A stretch of 63,555 bases of DNA, filler included, from Folioceros fuciformis (GCA_049999805.1; 5 parts of 4 records of this genome joined end to end with filler, not necessarily neighbours in it); one strand, 5' to 3'. Positions 1 through 13,137 are shown, counted from the whole stretch's first letter. Notes: generated from the letters alone by a model not told the origin. Program-made: numbers and translations.

Positions 1-480
1 TTCCACAATGATCACAAAACTTATGTAACCTTTTGCTCCACAATGAACACAAAACCTATGTCATTTATGTTTTCTAAATTTGAACTCTTCTTAAAAAATG
101 AACCATCTTACAAAATTATATGAACAATTAACTACATTAATGATATTAGTTATTGCTACTATATTAATATTACTATTACTATTGTGAGACAATTTTACTA
201 TTATAAGATATCTTTTTCATGAAAAGAATCATCTCGTTATAGTAACAATTATTATAGTACCTCTTATCAAAATAGCAAGTGTTTGGCTATAAAATCGAGG
301 CCCATCTCAATTATTTACATGGTTGACAAGAGTAGCATTTTAGTTCATGAAATCAAATTCTCTCATCACTCTTGTCCTCTTGATTATTGCATAAGTGTCC
401 TTTTGATTCTCCTTTGTGATAGTTTTATATTTGTGGTTGGATTGGTGGGACTAGCTCAAGACTAGTTGAAGAGTATTGAA

Positions 481-1578
481 ATGGATCACTACGAGGGTGG
501 AAAATTGAACTTATTATTTTTGTTTCTGGTAATGGTTTTGCAATGTATTCGAGCAAACCAAGCTTCTCCATCAGTACCTGCACTCTATGTTTTTGGTGAT
601 TCTACAGCAGATGGAGGTAACAATAACTTTTTGAATAATCATGCTAAAGTAAATTATACACCTTATGGAATCGATTTTCCAAACCACCAAGCAACAGGTA
701 GATTTTCTAATGGCAAAATCGATGTGGATTTCATTGCGGAGTACCTTGGATTGCGTCACCGTCCACCTGTGATGCAACCTAACTCGTTCCAAAATTTCAC
801 TAGCCCTGGATTAAATTATGCCTCCGGTGGTGCTGGAGTTCTAAATCAAACTGGAAGTGAATTTGGACAACTCCTTTCACTTGGACACCAACTAGATTTG
901 TTTATACAAGACATTTCTAGGTTACAAGAGAATTTTTCATATTCTCTCATTGCACTAGAAAATCATTTTAAGTCATCCATATTTTATGTGGCGATGGGAT
1001 CCAATGATCTTTCTGAACTTTTTCGTAGAGTAACAAATCAAATTGAGATGACAGAGGGTATCAATATGATCATTCAAAACTTTCAATATTATATTAAGCT
1101 ATTGCATTCCCATGGAGCTCGGAAATTCATTGTTCCACAAATCGCAGCACTTGGTTGTGCTCCTGGTGTTATGGAAGGACTAATCCCCTCGCTAACTACA
1201 AGAAATGGTTGTGCAGTTGAAGTTAATCAAATGATGTTTCAATACAATCAAGTTCTTGATAATATGCTTTATAACCTATTTGAAAACAACTCATCCAACA
1301 ACATATTGCAAGATGGCAAGATTCTACATCCCTTGTTTTTTCGTAGGAGTCTTGGAATCTTTCAACATCCCACACGCCATGGCTTTACAAGCATCGGACC
1401 ATGTATGAGAAGCCCTTTGTTATATTGTTCTAATAGAGATGACATGGTGTTTTGGGATGGCTATCACTTCACCGAAAGTATGCAGCACGCGATGGCAAAC
1501 CTCATGATACGAGGCAAAATGTACAACAATGATAAACCATATCGAGCAAAAAATATCACAGAACTTTTAAACAATTAA
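481..1578 (+). CDS. GDSL esterase/lipase (plant SGNH family), intronless, with signal peptide
   Basis: First ATG at 481 in ORF 466..1578. Hydrophobic N-terminus, block I FGDSTADGGNN, PYGIDF...TGRFSNGK, block II GLNYASGGAG, block III MGSND, block V FWDGYHFTE. AT-rich. Confidence 0.92.
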   Translation: MDHYEGGKLNLLFLFLVMVLQCIRANQASPSVPALYVFGDSTADGGNNNFLNNHAKVNYTPYGIDFPNHQATGRFSNGKIDVDFIAEYLGLRHRPPVMQPNSFQNFTSPGLNYASGGAGVLNQTGSEFGQLLSLGHQLDLFIQDISRLQENFSYSLIALENHFKSSIFYVAMGSNDLSELFRRVTNQIEMTEGINMIIQNFQYYIKLLHSHGARKFIVPQIAALGCAPGVMEGLIPSLTTRNGCAVEVNQMMFQYNQVLDNMLYNLFENNSSNNILQDGKILHPLFFRRSLGIFQHPTRHGFTSIGPCMRSPLLYCSNRDDMVFWDGYHFTESMQHAMANLMIRGKMYNNDKPYRAKNITELLNN

Positions 1579-1789
1579 TCGTAGCAAAATGATACTTTCT
1601 CCTTTTTACTTTAAATAAACAAAAACCATAAAACGAGTTGTGCGTATGTAGGGAAATTATTTTTTGGAATAAAAGTAATATAATCTTTGCTTTCTTTAGA
1701 ACTTGTGGAAAGAGATACAAAGATCTAACCATGGTTTGGTTTTATGCTTTATCATGTGCGACTTTGGTACGTTTGCTTACTTTTGAAAT

Positions 1790-3200
1790 AATCTCCTTCA
1801 TTTGAGAAGAACAAGATGGGGAAACCCATCTCTACCCCAAAAGAGGTGAGACAAACCACAAAAGGTGACCGAGCCCTTGGGGGCTAGCCCTTGAAGTCGT
1901 TGAGTCTAAAGACTACGAATAGCACCTATCTTGACTTCGAAAGTCGGTTAGAGTTTTGCATCCATGTGACCTTGCTGTGCAAATTGGTAGTTAACCAAGT
2001 TAACCACTCATGGCAAATAATTACATAGTGAGGATACATTCATTGCGTTTTGGCTAAAGAGGCACTTAAATGGATGAAAAGTTGTCACAAGGATGGTTAT
2101 TTTGGTCGTTAACTTTGTGTACAGTTCATTCCAGTGAGGAATGTTCACCCAAGTAGTTCGTAACGGAATGTAGCAAGTACATAAGGGTCGGGAAAGAATG
2201 GATGAGGCATTCTTTTGATACAGAGTCAGTAGACAATGAACACATCTTGACAGCACAGTCTGATCATGAAGCTTGTAGCGAACTGAACAACTGAAATCTG
2301 AGCTTTTGTGTTACGAATTTGCATTTTCATGTGCCATTATACGTGAGAAGGTTGCAATGACATGATACAGGAGGTAGTCGGATTGACGTCATGAAACTTG
2401 TCACTATCAAACGAATAGGCACTTGTGTGGATTCAAGAGAGGAAGTATATAAATATATATGTACCTTGGGTCTGAAGGTTCTTGGAATCTTTTGGAAGCT
2501 TTGTAGTGATGCCCATAAATGTTAGTTCCAAGGTGGAGTTTGATAATAAATGTGTTAATTTACCTTAAGCCAAACAGCGGAGAGGTGGCTACCAATCTGT
2601 TTTAGAGAGAACTTGAGAGGGATTGTTGAAGTGCTAGATACAAACCTTTAGAAAGACAACTAACGAGGGGAGAAGGTTGATAGAGGAATTGATGGGGGCA
2701 TTTTGCTTTTTTGTNNNNNNNNNNGGGAGAAGGTTGATAGAGGAATTGATGGGGGCATTTTGCTTTTTTGTCGCAAAGTTATTTTGGAGAGGGACTTGAG
2801 ATGAAGTGATACTTAAGCATAGAAGACTATGAGTGAAAATTCTGTTGCAAAGATGAAGAAGGTAATAAAAGCTTGGTGCAAAGGAAGTTGAGTTGTGGGC
2901 TTGTTAAGAGAATCACATTGAAATCTACAAAGTTTTGAGAGGTGGAGATAACTAGGATTCAGTGATGAATTGGCATTTCAAGGAAAAAAAAAACGATTAA
3001 GAGTGGAAACAACTTTGGCAAGGAAAGGTTTTGGAAACGTAGGAGAACAAGGGAGGGAGGCAACGACTTTGACTCACAAGTTTTGCTCCATTTGCAATGT
3101 CAAGGGAATGGGACTTATCCTATAAGTTGATGTAGATAAGATGACGAGATTAACCCCCATAATTCTCCTATTGCTGTGAGGAAGATTGGTTTAAGATTGG
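1790..3200 (-). mobile_element. Highly decayed LINE (L1-like) remnant
   Basis: Minus-strand fragment DIANGAKLVSQKS (~3060-3100) resembles the SGAK[LI]N..KS motif after LINE RT. Many stops; boundaries approximate. Confidence 0.3.
2668..2771. other. 47-bp sequence repeated on both sides of a 10-N gap (assembly overlap)
   Basis: gggagaaggttgatagaggaattgatgggggcattttgcttttttgt at 2668-2714 and 2725-2771, identical, flanking N 2715-2724. Confidence 0.85.
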
Positions 3201-3662
3201 TTTTTAAGTTTTATGGAATCATCGTATTTCATCATTAGTGCTTAAAATTTATATAATGTGTACTATCATACAATATACAATATTTCAATAGAATTACGGA
3301 TCAGTCCTAATCTTCCCACCACCTACCCCACGAACCAATGGTACGTCGTGGGCAAACATTGGTCGCAGATCGGCCTCTCTCCTTTGAGTGTTGGAGACCC
3401 CGTTCCTCGCGACGAATCTCGAAAAGAAGACGGTGACGCAGCAGCTACAGAAGCTTCCCTTCCTGCAAGCAGCCACACCTTCTACACTTTAGGTTGGTGG
3501 CACCTTCTAGCAGTAGGGGCCAGAACAGCGGCCCTAAAGCTGCACGAATTACTCCCGCCTCCATTGCGTCGGAAGCGACTGAGCCGGAGGCAAAGTAGCT
3601 GGCTGAGGCGAAGGGAAAGGAATAGCGACCAGCGAAAGCCCAAGGACAGAGAAGAGAGGGCC

Positions 3663-5090
3663 ATGGCGAAGGTGGGGCGGGTGAAGCTGGGCTCGCAGGG
3701 CCTGGAGGTGTCGACGCAGGGTCTGGGATGCATGGGGATGTCGGCCTTCTACGGGCCGCCCAAGCCGGAAGCGGAAATGGTCGAGCTTATCCATCACGCG
3801 GTGGAGTCCGGCGTCACGTTCCTGGACACGTCTGACGTCTACGGGCCGCACACCAACGAGGTGCTAGTGGGCAAGGTGAGGGGCTGGCGCACTCGCACTC
3901 CAGCTTTTCTTGAACGTACGCTGTCCTGAATTCCTAGGATGAGCGCGGCTCATGCGGGGTTGGGAAATGAGCATTGAGTACAGGCCGTCAAGGGCATCCG
4001 GGACAAGGTGCAGCTGGCCACCAAGTTCGGCATCACCCTGGATCCTGCCACGCAAAAGCGGGGGATACGTGGGGAGCCCGAGTACGTGCGGGCGGCGCTT
4101 GAGGCGAGCTTGAAGCGGCTGGATGTGGAATACGTCGATCTGTACTACCAGCACCGCGTCGACACCACCGTGCCCATCGAAGCCACGGTGAGACTTCCTA
4201 GCTGGGGAAGGAAGTCTTCTTTAACGCAACTCGAGGGAGGAGGCTTGATGGGCAACGTTGCAATGGGTTAATATGGATTTGCGTGTGGTTGTAGGTAGGA
4301 GAGATGAAGAAGCTGGTGGAGGAGGGAAAGGTGAAGTACATAGGGCTGTCGGAGGCGTCGGCCGACACCATCCGCCGGGCGCATGCGGTGCACCCCATCA
4401 CTGCCATACAGCTGGAGTGGTCTCTCTGGTCTCGGGATGTGGAAGAGGAGATCATTCCTCTCTGCAGGTGTGATTTGGTGAACTTCTCCTGGCTGCCCTT
4501 TGTGTTTATGGCATCCTCTTCATCCCGACTCTCGCCTAACTGTTTATCCGGCCTTGGGCAGAGAGCTCGGCATCGGCATCGTGGCTTACAGTCCTCTGGG
4601 CAGAGGCTTCTTCTCCGGGTTGAAGGCAGGCAGCCTCACAGACTCCGATGTCCGCAAGGTTTGAGTGCTTCCGAAGAGACTTGTGCTGTCTGCAGGGCTA
4701 CGTTCTTCTACGTCGTGCTTAATTGGATTTCTGGTTCTCTTGTTGCAGACGCATCCCCGGTTTTCGGAGAAGAATTCCCTGCGCAATGGGGCACTCTACA
4801 ACGTTTTGGTGGAGATCGCTGCCAGGAAGGGGAAAACACCTGGCCAGTTGGCGCTTGCGTGGGTTCACAGCAGGGGAGATGATGTGGTTCCCATTCCAGG
4901 AACAACCAAGTTGCAAAATTTTGAGGAGAACGTTGGCGCGCTGTACATCAAGCTTTCCACAGAGGAGATCGAGGAAATAGAGCAAGCCGTTCCACACGAA
5001 GCCGTTCATGGAGACCGATACAGTGACAGAAAATTCACCTTTCACCATGCTACTACTCCTCCGTTGTCCACTCAAAAGTCAGCATCGTAG
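3663..5090 (+). CDS. Aldo-keto reductase (plant auxin-induced/AKR13-like), 5 exons: 3663-3875, 3984-4187, 4295-4467, 4562-4658, 4749-5090
   Basis: [83 protein letters not shown]. All introns GT-AG and phase-compatible. Confidence 0.95.
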
Positions 5091-5837
5091 TCATGAGCAG
5101 GTTGGCAATGCGCATCCACAGTTTGAACTAAAAAAATGCGATTAGTGCTGGTAGTTGCTTCTGCTTGTCCAGGCGAAAATGACGAAAACAAATGTCTCCA
5201 GCAAAATTCTAGTTCGTTTATGCTGCAACCTGCAGCAGAGAACTGGCACTGTAAACTTTACATCACCTCCCGCTGCATTCTACGGCTGCAGTGCGTGGGC
5301 GCAACCATTCCTCCAGTTTCGACCCACATTAAATCGCCAGCTGCAAGTAGCCAACCAAGCCGTCCACCATTACCATCAGACAAACCCCATCGCTTCCAAA
5401 CGTTTGTCCAAGTCCTAAGGGGTCCACCAGCAACAATGATGAAGACCAGAGATGCCCGACAATAGTCAATGCCCTTGCTTCCAAGGCTTGCAAAATAAGG
5501 TAAAAGAGGACCTCTGTGTGATCAACCCCAAACGGCGGACACTCAACGACCAAACTTGTGCCGGACAAATTGTATGGTGCAGTGAAGGCACGTTTTAAGC
5601 GTAGGCATAGAGTCAAAGTAGAGAACCGACCAGTATAGGATCAAGCTTGCCACGATTGAATTGGGAGCACCACAGATACTTGGATATGCTTGTATGAACC
5701 CAATAACAGATGTTGTACTGCCAGCCCACAGCCACGATCAGTCCACGTCACTCTAAGGACTACAACAAACCAACGTACGAGAAACTTCAAGATGGTCGGA
5801 ACCTGCACCAGATATTCGAAAAACCATGGGATCCACC

Positions 5838-8800
5838 CTAGCCAGATTGGCAGCGGAAAAACGCCTGCAAGTCTCCCACCAGCCTCTCCTTCAGAGCTCT
5901 GGGGACTGTCCCCATCATCTTCTCCTGAACATCATCGACTATTTGCTTCCTGCAAAACGCCAACACAAAAATTAGAGTGAGATAGGCATTTCTGTCTACT
6001 CACTAAGCTATTGGACAAGATGCTTACTTATGCGACTTGACCAAGAATTCTGTGGGGATGATGACGAGTCTCTTTGACCAACACTACCCAGCAACCACAC
6101 TGAATTTGACTGAACCCGTATCTGGAGCAACCCAGTAAGCCAAGTGAGATGTAAGCGAGCGACTACCACAAATCAAAAGCTGCTCTGATCCCGGCCCTCA
6201 CCTCATCCTCAGCTTCTCCTCCGCCGTTCTACAGCATTGGCCCGCTAGGCGATGCCTCTTAGCTGCCCTCAAATTGCTCCTCAAAGCTTCCACCCAATCT
6301 GATTGGATCAGATTTTGTCGACCCTCATCTTCAAGCCTGCAAATTTATTCAAATGTGAACACCCGTGCAGAGAGTTTCTCACATCTCCTGCACAAACCTT
6401 CCCATAAATTTCATACATACCTGCGTTTCAGCCCATCAAGACCTGTTGCTTCCCTCTCGTTCTCTCCATTCGATCCTTTGTTAACATCTGTCAAAGTCGA
6501 AACAGTGCCAGTCGCCTCTAACCCTGTACCCTGGGGTTGCACATTGCCGTCAAACCTGGAACCCTTTGTAAGACTTTGGAGAGCTTCACAACCAGTCACA
6601 TGCACACTGCGCTTCTGTTTCACTCTCCAGTCAACTCTGATTTTGTTTTCACCACTACTGGAGCGAGAGCATGCGGATGCAGGATTTCCAGTGATCAGAG
6701 ATTGAGTAGATGAGGAAGATGATGTGTTCATAGACGGTGAAGCAACAATTGATGACAGGTCAAACAGACCATTTGCTATGCTTCTGGAAGGAATGTCATG
6801 GGGCGTGCCAACGGTGACAGCAGAGGATTCCACACCATCTATCTCTGTACTCAGAGAACCATTGGGAGCAGACTTCATGGCCCCACTGTCAAAATTAGCC
6901 CCGCCTCCCTTTCCAGCCTGGCTGTCCATCATAATTGGTGACAAATCCTTTCCACATGACTCTCTTCCTTCCACCTTATCTGACCCTGAAGGCTCAACCT
7001 GGGGCTTTCGCACAGATGAGATCATGCTATCACCCCCCGTGTTCACAGAAACCTTAGGTTTCACAGCCGGCATCCCCTGCTTCATCCGATTGTCTGACTG
7101 AGAAACATGTATATCTTGCACAGGAGGTGGTGAAGATAGAACAGCACCACAGGATGGTGCGACAGCTGGGACTTTCTTGACCCCAGCATTCGTCCTCGCA
7201 TAGAAGAGCACATAAGCCCTCTCCGACAGCACATTTTGGATACTCGTGGTTGTGACACTCGAATCATCACAACAATACCACTTTCCTCCTACATCCTGGA
7301 CTATCAGAACGAATCAAAATTATTGAGAGATTGAAAGCTCACGGCATACAGACAGAAGCAGCCATCACATGCCAACAAACTTCACACATAGAACCACACT
7401 AGGGGAAGAGAGGAGACCACCTTCACATAGGCATAGTAATGACCAGAATCCTGAGTGCCTCCGGAATGCACGATGACCCCGTAGAGTGAGTACTCCGGTC
7501 GGGCATCCTGGAAAAACTCATCGTCATCTGATATTACATGAATTGATAACAAGGCCTCATTCTCAACATCCTTCAGACTCCTCTCATTCTGTCTACAAAC
7601 AACAGATACGAGCAATCCATAGAAAACAGATGTCTTTAAGGTACCTTGCTGGCCTTACACATGTGACCTGCCAAGCCAAGCCGTTCATCAAACTGTATGT
7701 GCCGATCAATTTTTCCTCCCAAGAAATTTTCGAACCTCTGCATGGACGAAAGAATTCAGTAAAGGCCGCGGGATGCAGATCACTCGTCTGGCACCTGCGC
7801 GGTAGTGAGACTCAAACCTTGAACTGGATGACAAGCACGTTCGGAGCTTTAAAGACAGACATCTGCTTCCGGGCAGCCGAAAGGCTTTTGCAACTGCAAG
7901 CAGAAGAGCAATATGCTGTGAGAAGCGGAAGGTAAGAAATCAAAGAAAGGAAGAGCGGATTTGTGGCATCTGCAAGGAACCAGGACGTGCCCCTTACTTG
8001 GAGCAGCGGTACTTGTTGTCTGCATCAAGCACTTCAGGCTGGAAAAAGCTACAAAGAGCTTCTTTGAGTGAGCTCAAACGGCCAAGATCCAAGCTCAGAT
8101 CCATGATCTCATCTCTCTTGTTCGACTCCGCCTCACAAGACAAGCACTTGACTTGACTCTGAAGCACACCTCCAAAAATCTCCTTTACAACCGTGTGAGG
8201 CTCCTCCTTAGCTCCGCCGCCGTCTCGTTGCTTGGTCACAATTCTACCAGGAGCCAGGGACAGAACTTTCTTCAAGACCTGGATGCAAGAATTATTGCAA
8301 GCCTCAATCGCGCAGCGCAGAAACTCGTGCGCATCCTCTTGCCGCCCACTCCTAAATTGGGTAGCAAACAAGCGCAGCCGGTTGCTGATCTTCACCGGCG
8401 CATCCACGCTCAACTCATGCGTGAGGGAGCGGGCAATCCTTTTCTCCAAGTAGCAGAAGGGGCATTGATTCTGCACCTCCTGCGGATTGACCGTCGCACC
8501 TGGGCACCCACGCACAACCAATGATCACCACCCGCGCTCTCCCTCAAACCTAGCATGGGAGCCGGCATAAGAGAGCACGCGACAGCCACTCACAAAGACT
8601 AGAATGGGAGCTGAGAAGGCAGTAGTTGGCCAGTGGAGGTGTGTAGGTGAGACACTGCAGTACGCTGTTGAGGTAGCAAGTGTTGCCTAGATTCTTAAGC
8701 CCCTGCGGCGGGGAGCCTCGGCGCCAGCGCAGTCCCGGAGGCGGGGCCGAGACGTCTTCTTGCCACTGCAGGTGCACCTGCGGGACGTCAGAGGCATCGA

Positions 8801-8843
8801 GCCCTAGGGCTTGCCCCCCCGCTATTGCCACATTGCCTACCAT
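5838..8843 (-). CDS. Ubiquitin-specific protease (UBP25/USP36-42-like), 8 exons: 8843-8594, 8499-7998, 7893-7818, 7737-7645, 7507-7421, 7295-6421, 6336-6202, 5949-5838
   Basis: Cys box GLKNLGNTCYLNSVLQCL, QEDAHEFL, His box GVIVHSGGTQDSGHYYAYVK, KWYCCDDS, AYVLFY. Ser-rich linker; last exon ends ...FRCQSG* (TAG at 5840-5838). Start ATG 8843 is the best guess. Confidence 0.9.
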
Positions 8844-10183
8844 CGCCAAGGGGTGGCTTTCCTGCTTGCAGCTACCAGGCGTGAGTTCCGAGAGGCTCCC
8901 AGTGCTGATGTCGCAGGGGGCCACCGAGACGGCTGGAGCCGGAGCAGCAGCAGCAACAGCGGCAGGGCTGGCGCGCCGGCCCCACGGCGCCCATCGACGC
9001 TGGGTGGGAGTGAAGCTCCCGCCTGCGGCTCTTCCCCGCTCCCCTGCAACAGCATAACAATTCCTAAACTCTTTTGGCGCCTCGCGCTTACGTCAGTTCA
9101 CATTGTTCTTCCATTCTCTCAAACATGTACTGTACATCGTACATATTTTCAAACTCCCCGGTTTTCCACTCCATCTAGAGACTGGGTACTGTACTTGTAC
9201 TCCCGCTTGCCAAGTACCCAACCATTTATTTCACGCAAATTATCAATAATAACTTTGTATTTCATTTTGTCCTTGCTGTTTGGTGCTTGGAATGTAGATA
9301 ATTTGGCGTCCTTGTGCTCCGCTTAGTTAGGGTTGAAGGTCTTCAATACGCTTCCAGTTTCTTGCTGCATTTATATGCTCTTTGAAACCATTAGGAATTA
9401 TGTTTTCTTTGTACACCTCGGCATATGTCATGGTCTACACGCCATGGTGTACATGTTAGTATGGTCTATGCTAGTTAGGTGCACAAGTGTGCGCCACTCT
9501 TTGACAGAAGTCATTTGCAAAGAGAAACATACAATGTGATCAAACGTTAGCTAAAATTTGGTGATGTCCTCATGGTTCAAATGTATGGGGTATTCTTGCT
9601 CGACTACTACAAATGTGGAACGCAATCATAAATAGAACGTGATTTGGATTATATATTGAAGTGTTTTGCTTTTGTTATCTATGTCTTCATCCCACTCACA
9701 CTAAGTTCTCCTTGCACTACTTTCTCTAAAGTAGACCTCATAATACGATCCCCTGCTTCTTCCTACGGCATGCCCTAGAAAACTCTTCATGTAGTCACAT
9801 GCATAGGTTTTATAATCAAGGTATGGTCGCACCGCTTGCTTGGCATCTACATTCGTTCTCCTAGTTTTCCCTTGTTTACTTGCCTTCTTCTAGTTTCCTT
9901 GCTAGGAAGTTCTCTTCTTTCCTAAAGGTAAAAAACCTCGTCCACCAATTTCCCAAACATTCACTGGTACACTTGCTATATAGAGAACAACTGTCTTTTA
10001 GTTGACGAGGCATTGCTTCTCATCTCTATCACTTGCATCCCCAATGAGCCCTATCATTGTATACAAGTCATACTTCTTCCTCANNNNNNNNNNNNNNNNN
10101 NNNNNNNNNNNNNNNNNNNNNNNNNNNNNNNNNNNNNNNNNNNNNNNNNNNNNNNNNNNNNNNNNNNNNNNNNNNNNNNNNNN

Positions 10184-10907
10184 GCATAGATGTGTGCCTT
10201 CATGTAGTGATAGTGAGAGTACTATGGGTCCGTGTGCCTTCATGTATTGATAGTGGGAGTACTATGGGTCCTCCGCATATAGTCGCTAAAATGTGTAGAA
10301 GCTATGGTTACCTCTAAGGACACCATCGTGTATTTCTACTGACACCGTATTTCCTTCTTGGTGAGGCCTGCATAGATGTGCGCCTTCATGTAGTGATAGT
10401 GGGAGTAAAATGTGTAGAAGCTATGGTTACCTCTAAGGAAACCCATCGTGTATTTCTACTAACACCGTATTTCCTCCTCAGTGAGGCCTGCATAGATGTG
10501 CGCCTTCATGTAGTGATAGTGGGAGTACTATGGGTCCATGTGCCTTCATGTATTGATAGTGGGAGTACTATGGGTCCTCCGAGTATAGTAGCTAAAATGT
10601 GTAGAAGCTATGGTTACCACAGAGGGCACCCATCTTGTATTTCTACTTCTTTAGTTTCTCTCGGTGAAAAGTAACAACTAACATACACTCTTTTGGATCA
10701 ATCATACACAACAATGGCAAGATGCCTTCATGTACTGATAGTGGGAGTACTATGGGTCCTCCGCGTAAAGTAGCTAAAATGTGAAGAAGCTATGGTTACC
10801 ACCGAGGACACCCAATGTGTATTTCTACTTCTTTTGTTTCTCTCGGTCAAAAGTAACAAGTGTCAGACACTCTTTTGGATCAATCATACACAACAATGGC
10901 AAGATGC
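10184..10907. repeat. Complex tandem array (4 units of ~120-235 bp with an internal ~40-bp subrepeat)
   Basis: Recurring gccttcatgta[g/t]tgatagtgggagtactatgggtcc and aaaatgtgtagaagctatggttacc blocks; units begin ~10184, 10370, 10490, 10724. Abuts a 100-N gap. Confidence 0.9.
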
Positions 10908-11362
10908 AACAACGCGGGTCTTCGGCTTTAGACTCATACACTTCCTCATCCTCTCCATGCTCACCACTGTTGGCATCGTCTGAAAGATCTTTCTCTTCCA
11001 TTGGCACATATCTCTATGTCTCGATTTGCATCGAGGCCCCTTGATTAGCATCTTCTACACCCGTCGTTGAAGACAACTCCTTTGAAGTACTATCGAACTA
11101 ACTACAACGTACCTTAGCAATAGCATCTAGTAGGTATCCTTCCACCGAAGCTTCATCTACTATTTTGGTCATCACAAGGCCAACAACGATTTCTTTACGA
11201 ATGAAGGATAGCATCGTGTTGAATGTCTACATGGACAATGGAACAAGAGATGAGATGGTTTCACTAGGCTTACCAGCGATGTAACCTCGACAACACGACG
11301 TATGACGCACCCTTGGGCACAGCATGTCACTAGCTCGCCTACTGGCGCACTAGGAGCCTCTA

Positions 11363-11439
11363 GAGGGTCCTTGCAGGCCCAAGTGCAAACCCTTGCCTCT
11401 TGAGGCTTTGGGTGCACACTTGGGCCCACAAGGACCCTC
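11363..11439. repeat. 77-nt imperfect palindrome/hairpin
   Basis: Arm gagggtccttgcaggcccaagtgcaaaccc pairs with gggtgcacacttgggcccacaaggaccctc; inner gcctc/gaggc stem. Confidence 0.85.
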
Positions 11440-11649
11440 ATGTGCGTGCCAAAGTTTGGCGTGGTGCGCACATGGGCACACACACGAGTGCTTTGGCTCA
11501 CATATGGGCAGGCCATGTAGTTTGCACTTGCCGACTGATGGGTGCGCGCTCTTGGGCATGCCCTTTGAGGGCTGCGTTCGCCTAGACAGAGACCGCTGTC
11601 AAGTTCTAATGATATCGATGCCTTTTGTCCATATCTATAGCTCCTTGAG

Positions 11650-13137
11650 GGGAAGCTACAAGTGCACCAGAAGCATATCAAGAAAGAGCAAGCTAAGATT
11701 AGAAAGCATCGACTTAAATATCAAGGTCAACCAAGTCAGCACATTGGGATGGCAATTGTTGGAATGGACCAAAGCAAGATTGAATTGCCTCATTTTATAA
11801 GTCCCCCCAAGGATTTTGCAGAGGGGCTCATCTGCATCCATGTTGTTGGTTGTCTCGTATACAATACAGAGATGCAGATGAAGGTATATTTAAACTTTAC
11901 CAATATTTGAAATGATGCAAACTTGATTCTCTATCTGACTTTTTACCTGCAACTAGACAACACTGCCCGCGAGAACAAGAATATATTGTTGTTTGCATAT
12001 CTTTGTATGTTGATTGAAAAACGTATCTTCGAAAAAGTGAAGATTGGGTTTCTTTTGTTTGGCCATACGGATGATGCTATTGATCAAATGTTCTCTTATT
12101 TCTCCAAGGTTCCAAAGCATAAGAAGGCTCTTTTGTTAGAGACAATGTTAAAGCTAATAACTCAAGTGTTCACTCCCAATTCGGACGTGAAAATCATGAC
12201 AAAAGTGGCTAATTTTATACGTTTTGTGTGGCCCAATGGTATGGGCAAGCATGGCTGCAATGCTGCAATTGTTAGCAACCTACACAATCATAGCTACCAA
12301 CATCAGTTGAAAATTACAAGGGTTGAGCATTGTGGTGGGGCGATAATGATTGTCCTACGTAAAAAGCATCTTTCAACGTCTTGCCAGTGGAAACCACCAA
12401 AGGGTATAGAATTTCTATGTTGGATACCAACAACTCCAATCACTAGAGCACCCCTATGTCTGCTTCGGATTCATGAGAAGCAACATGATTCAAATCCATT
12501 ACATAATTTGGTGCCTATCCAAAAAGTACTCGAACAACCAATGGATAAATATCTAAGCGATAAGGACAAAGAGTGGTGGCAAGCTTTCTGGATGGCGAAA
12601 GAGATTATTGCACACAAAATCATCTGTAGAGAGCACCGTCAACTACAAGATCCATGGGTGTGGTACAATAGAAAAGGTAACACATCTTATATGTTGCTAG
12701 ACGATAATTGTGAAGTTCAAGAGGAACAAGTGACGGTACAGAGGCAAACTGAGCCAAGATAAATATATCTTGGATACTATAGACCCATTAGAACTGCAGA
12801 AGTGGAAGCAAGGAGGCTTCATGGCAATGTAGCTAAAATCAAACAAGGCGACATGATTGTTGTGGCTTGCGAGAGTGACGACCAAAACTGCCCATTTTGG
12901 ATTGTCGAGGTTGAAGAGGTCAATTCAATGTTAGCGAAGCCATCCCTTATGATACAGTGGTGGGTAATGGAAAATGTTAATGCATTTGAGGGGAGATATC
13001 TTCTCGAGGAAATAGGTCCATCAAAGTATACGAGGAGGAGCAGGAAACAGCAACACAACTGCCAACCACCAAGATTAGACTGGACTTATTATTTTAGAGA
13101 TATTCATACCATCACATGGATTTTCTTTGAGCCGTGA
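11650..13137 (+). mobile_element. Pseudogenised DUF7869-type (Sola-like, RNase H-fold) transposase
   Basis: ORF fragments 11662-11910, 11923-12762 and 12802-13137 carry GMDQSK.ELPHF, YLQLDNTARENKN and FLLFGHTDDAIDQMFS. Interrupted by stops and frameshifts. Confidence 0.65.

Noticed and set aside
2668-2771. 47-bp direct repeat as a biological duplication or TSD
   Set aside because: Identical copies directly flank a 10-N gap, which indicates unmerged contig overlap.
3258-3662. N-terminal extension of the AKR ORF from ATG 3258
   Set aside because: Family homology starts at [10 protein letters not shown] (3663). The upstream part reads as promoter/5'UTR that is open by chance.
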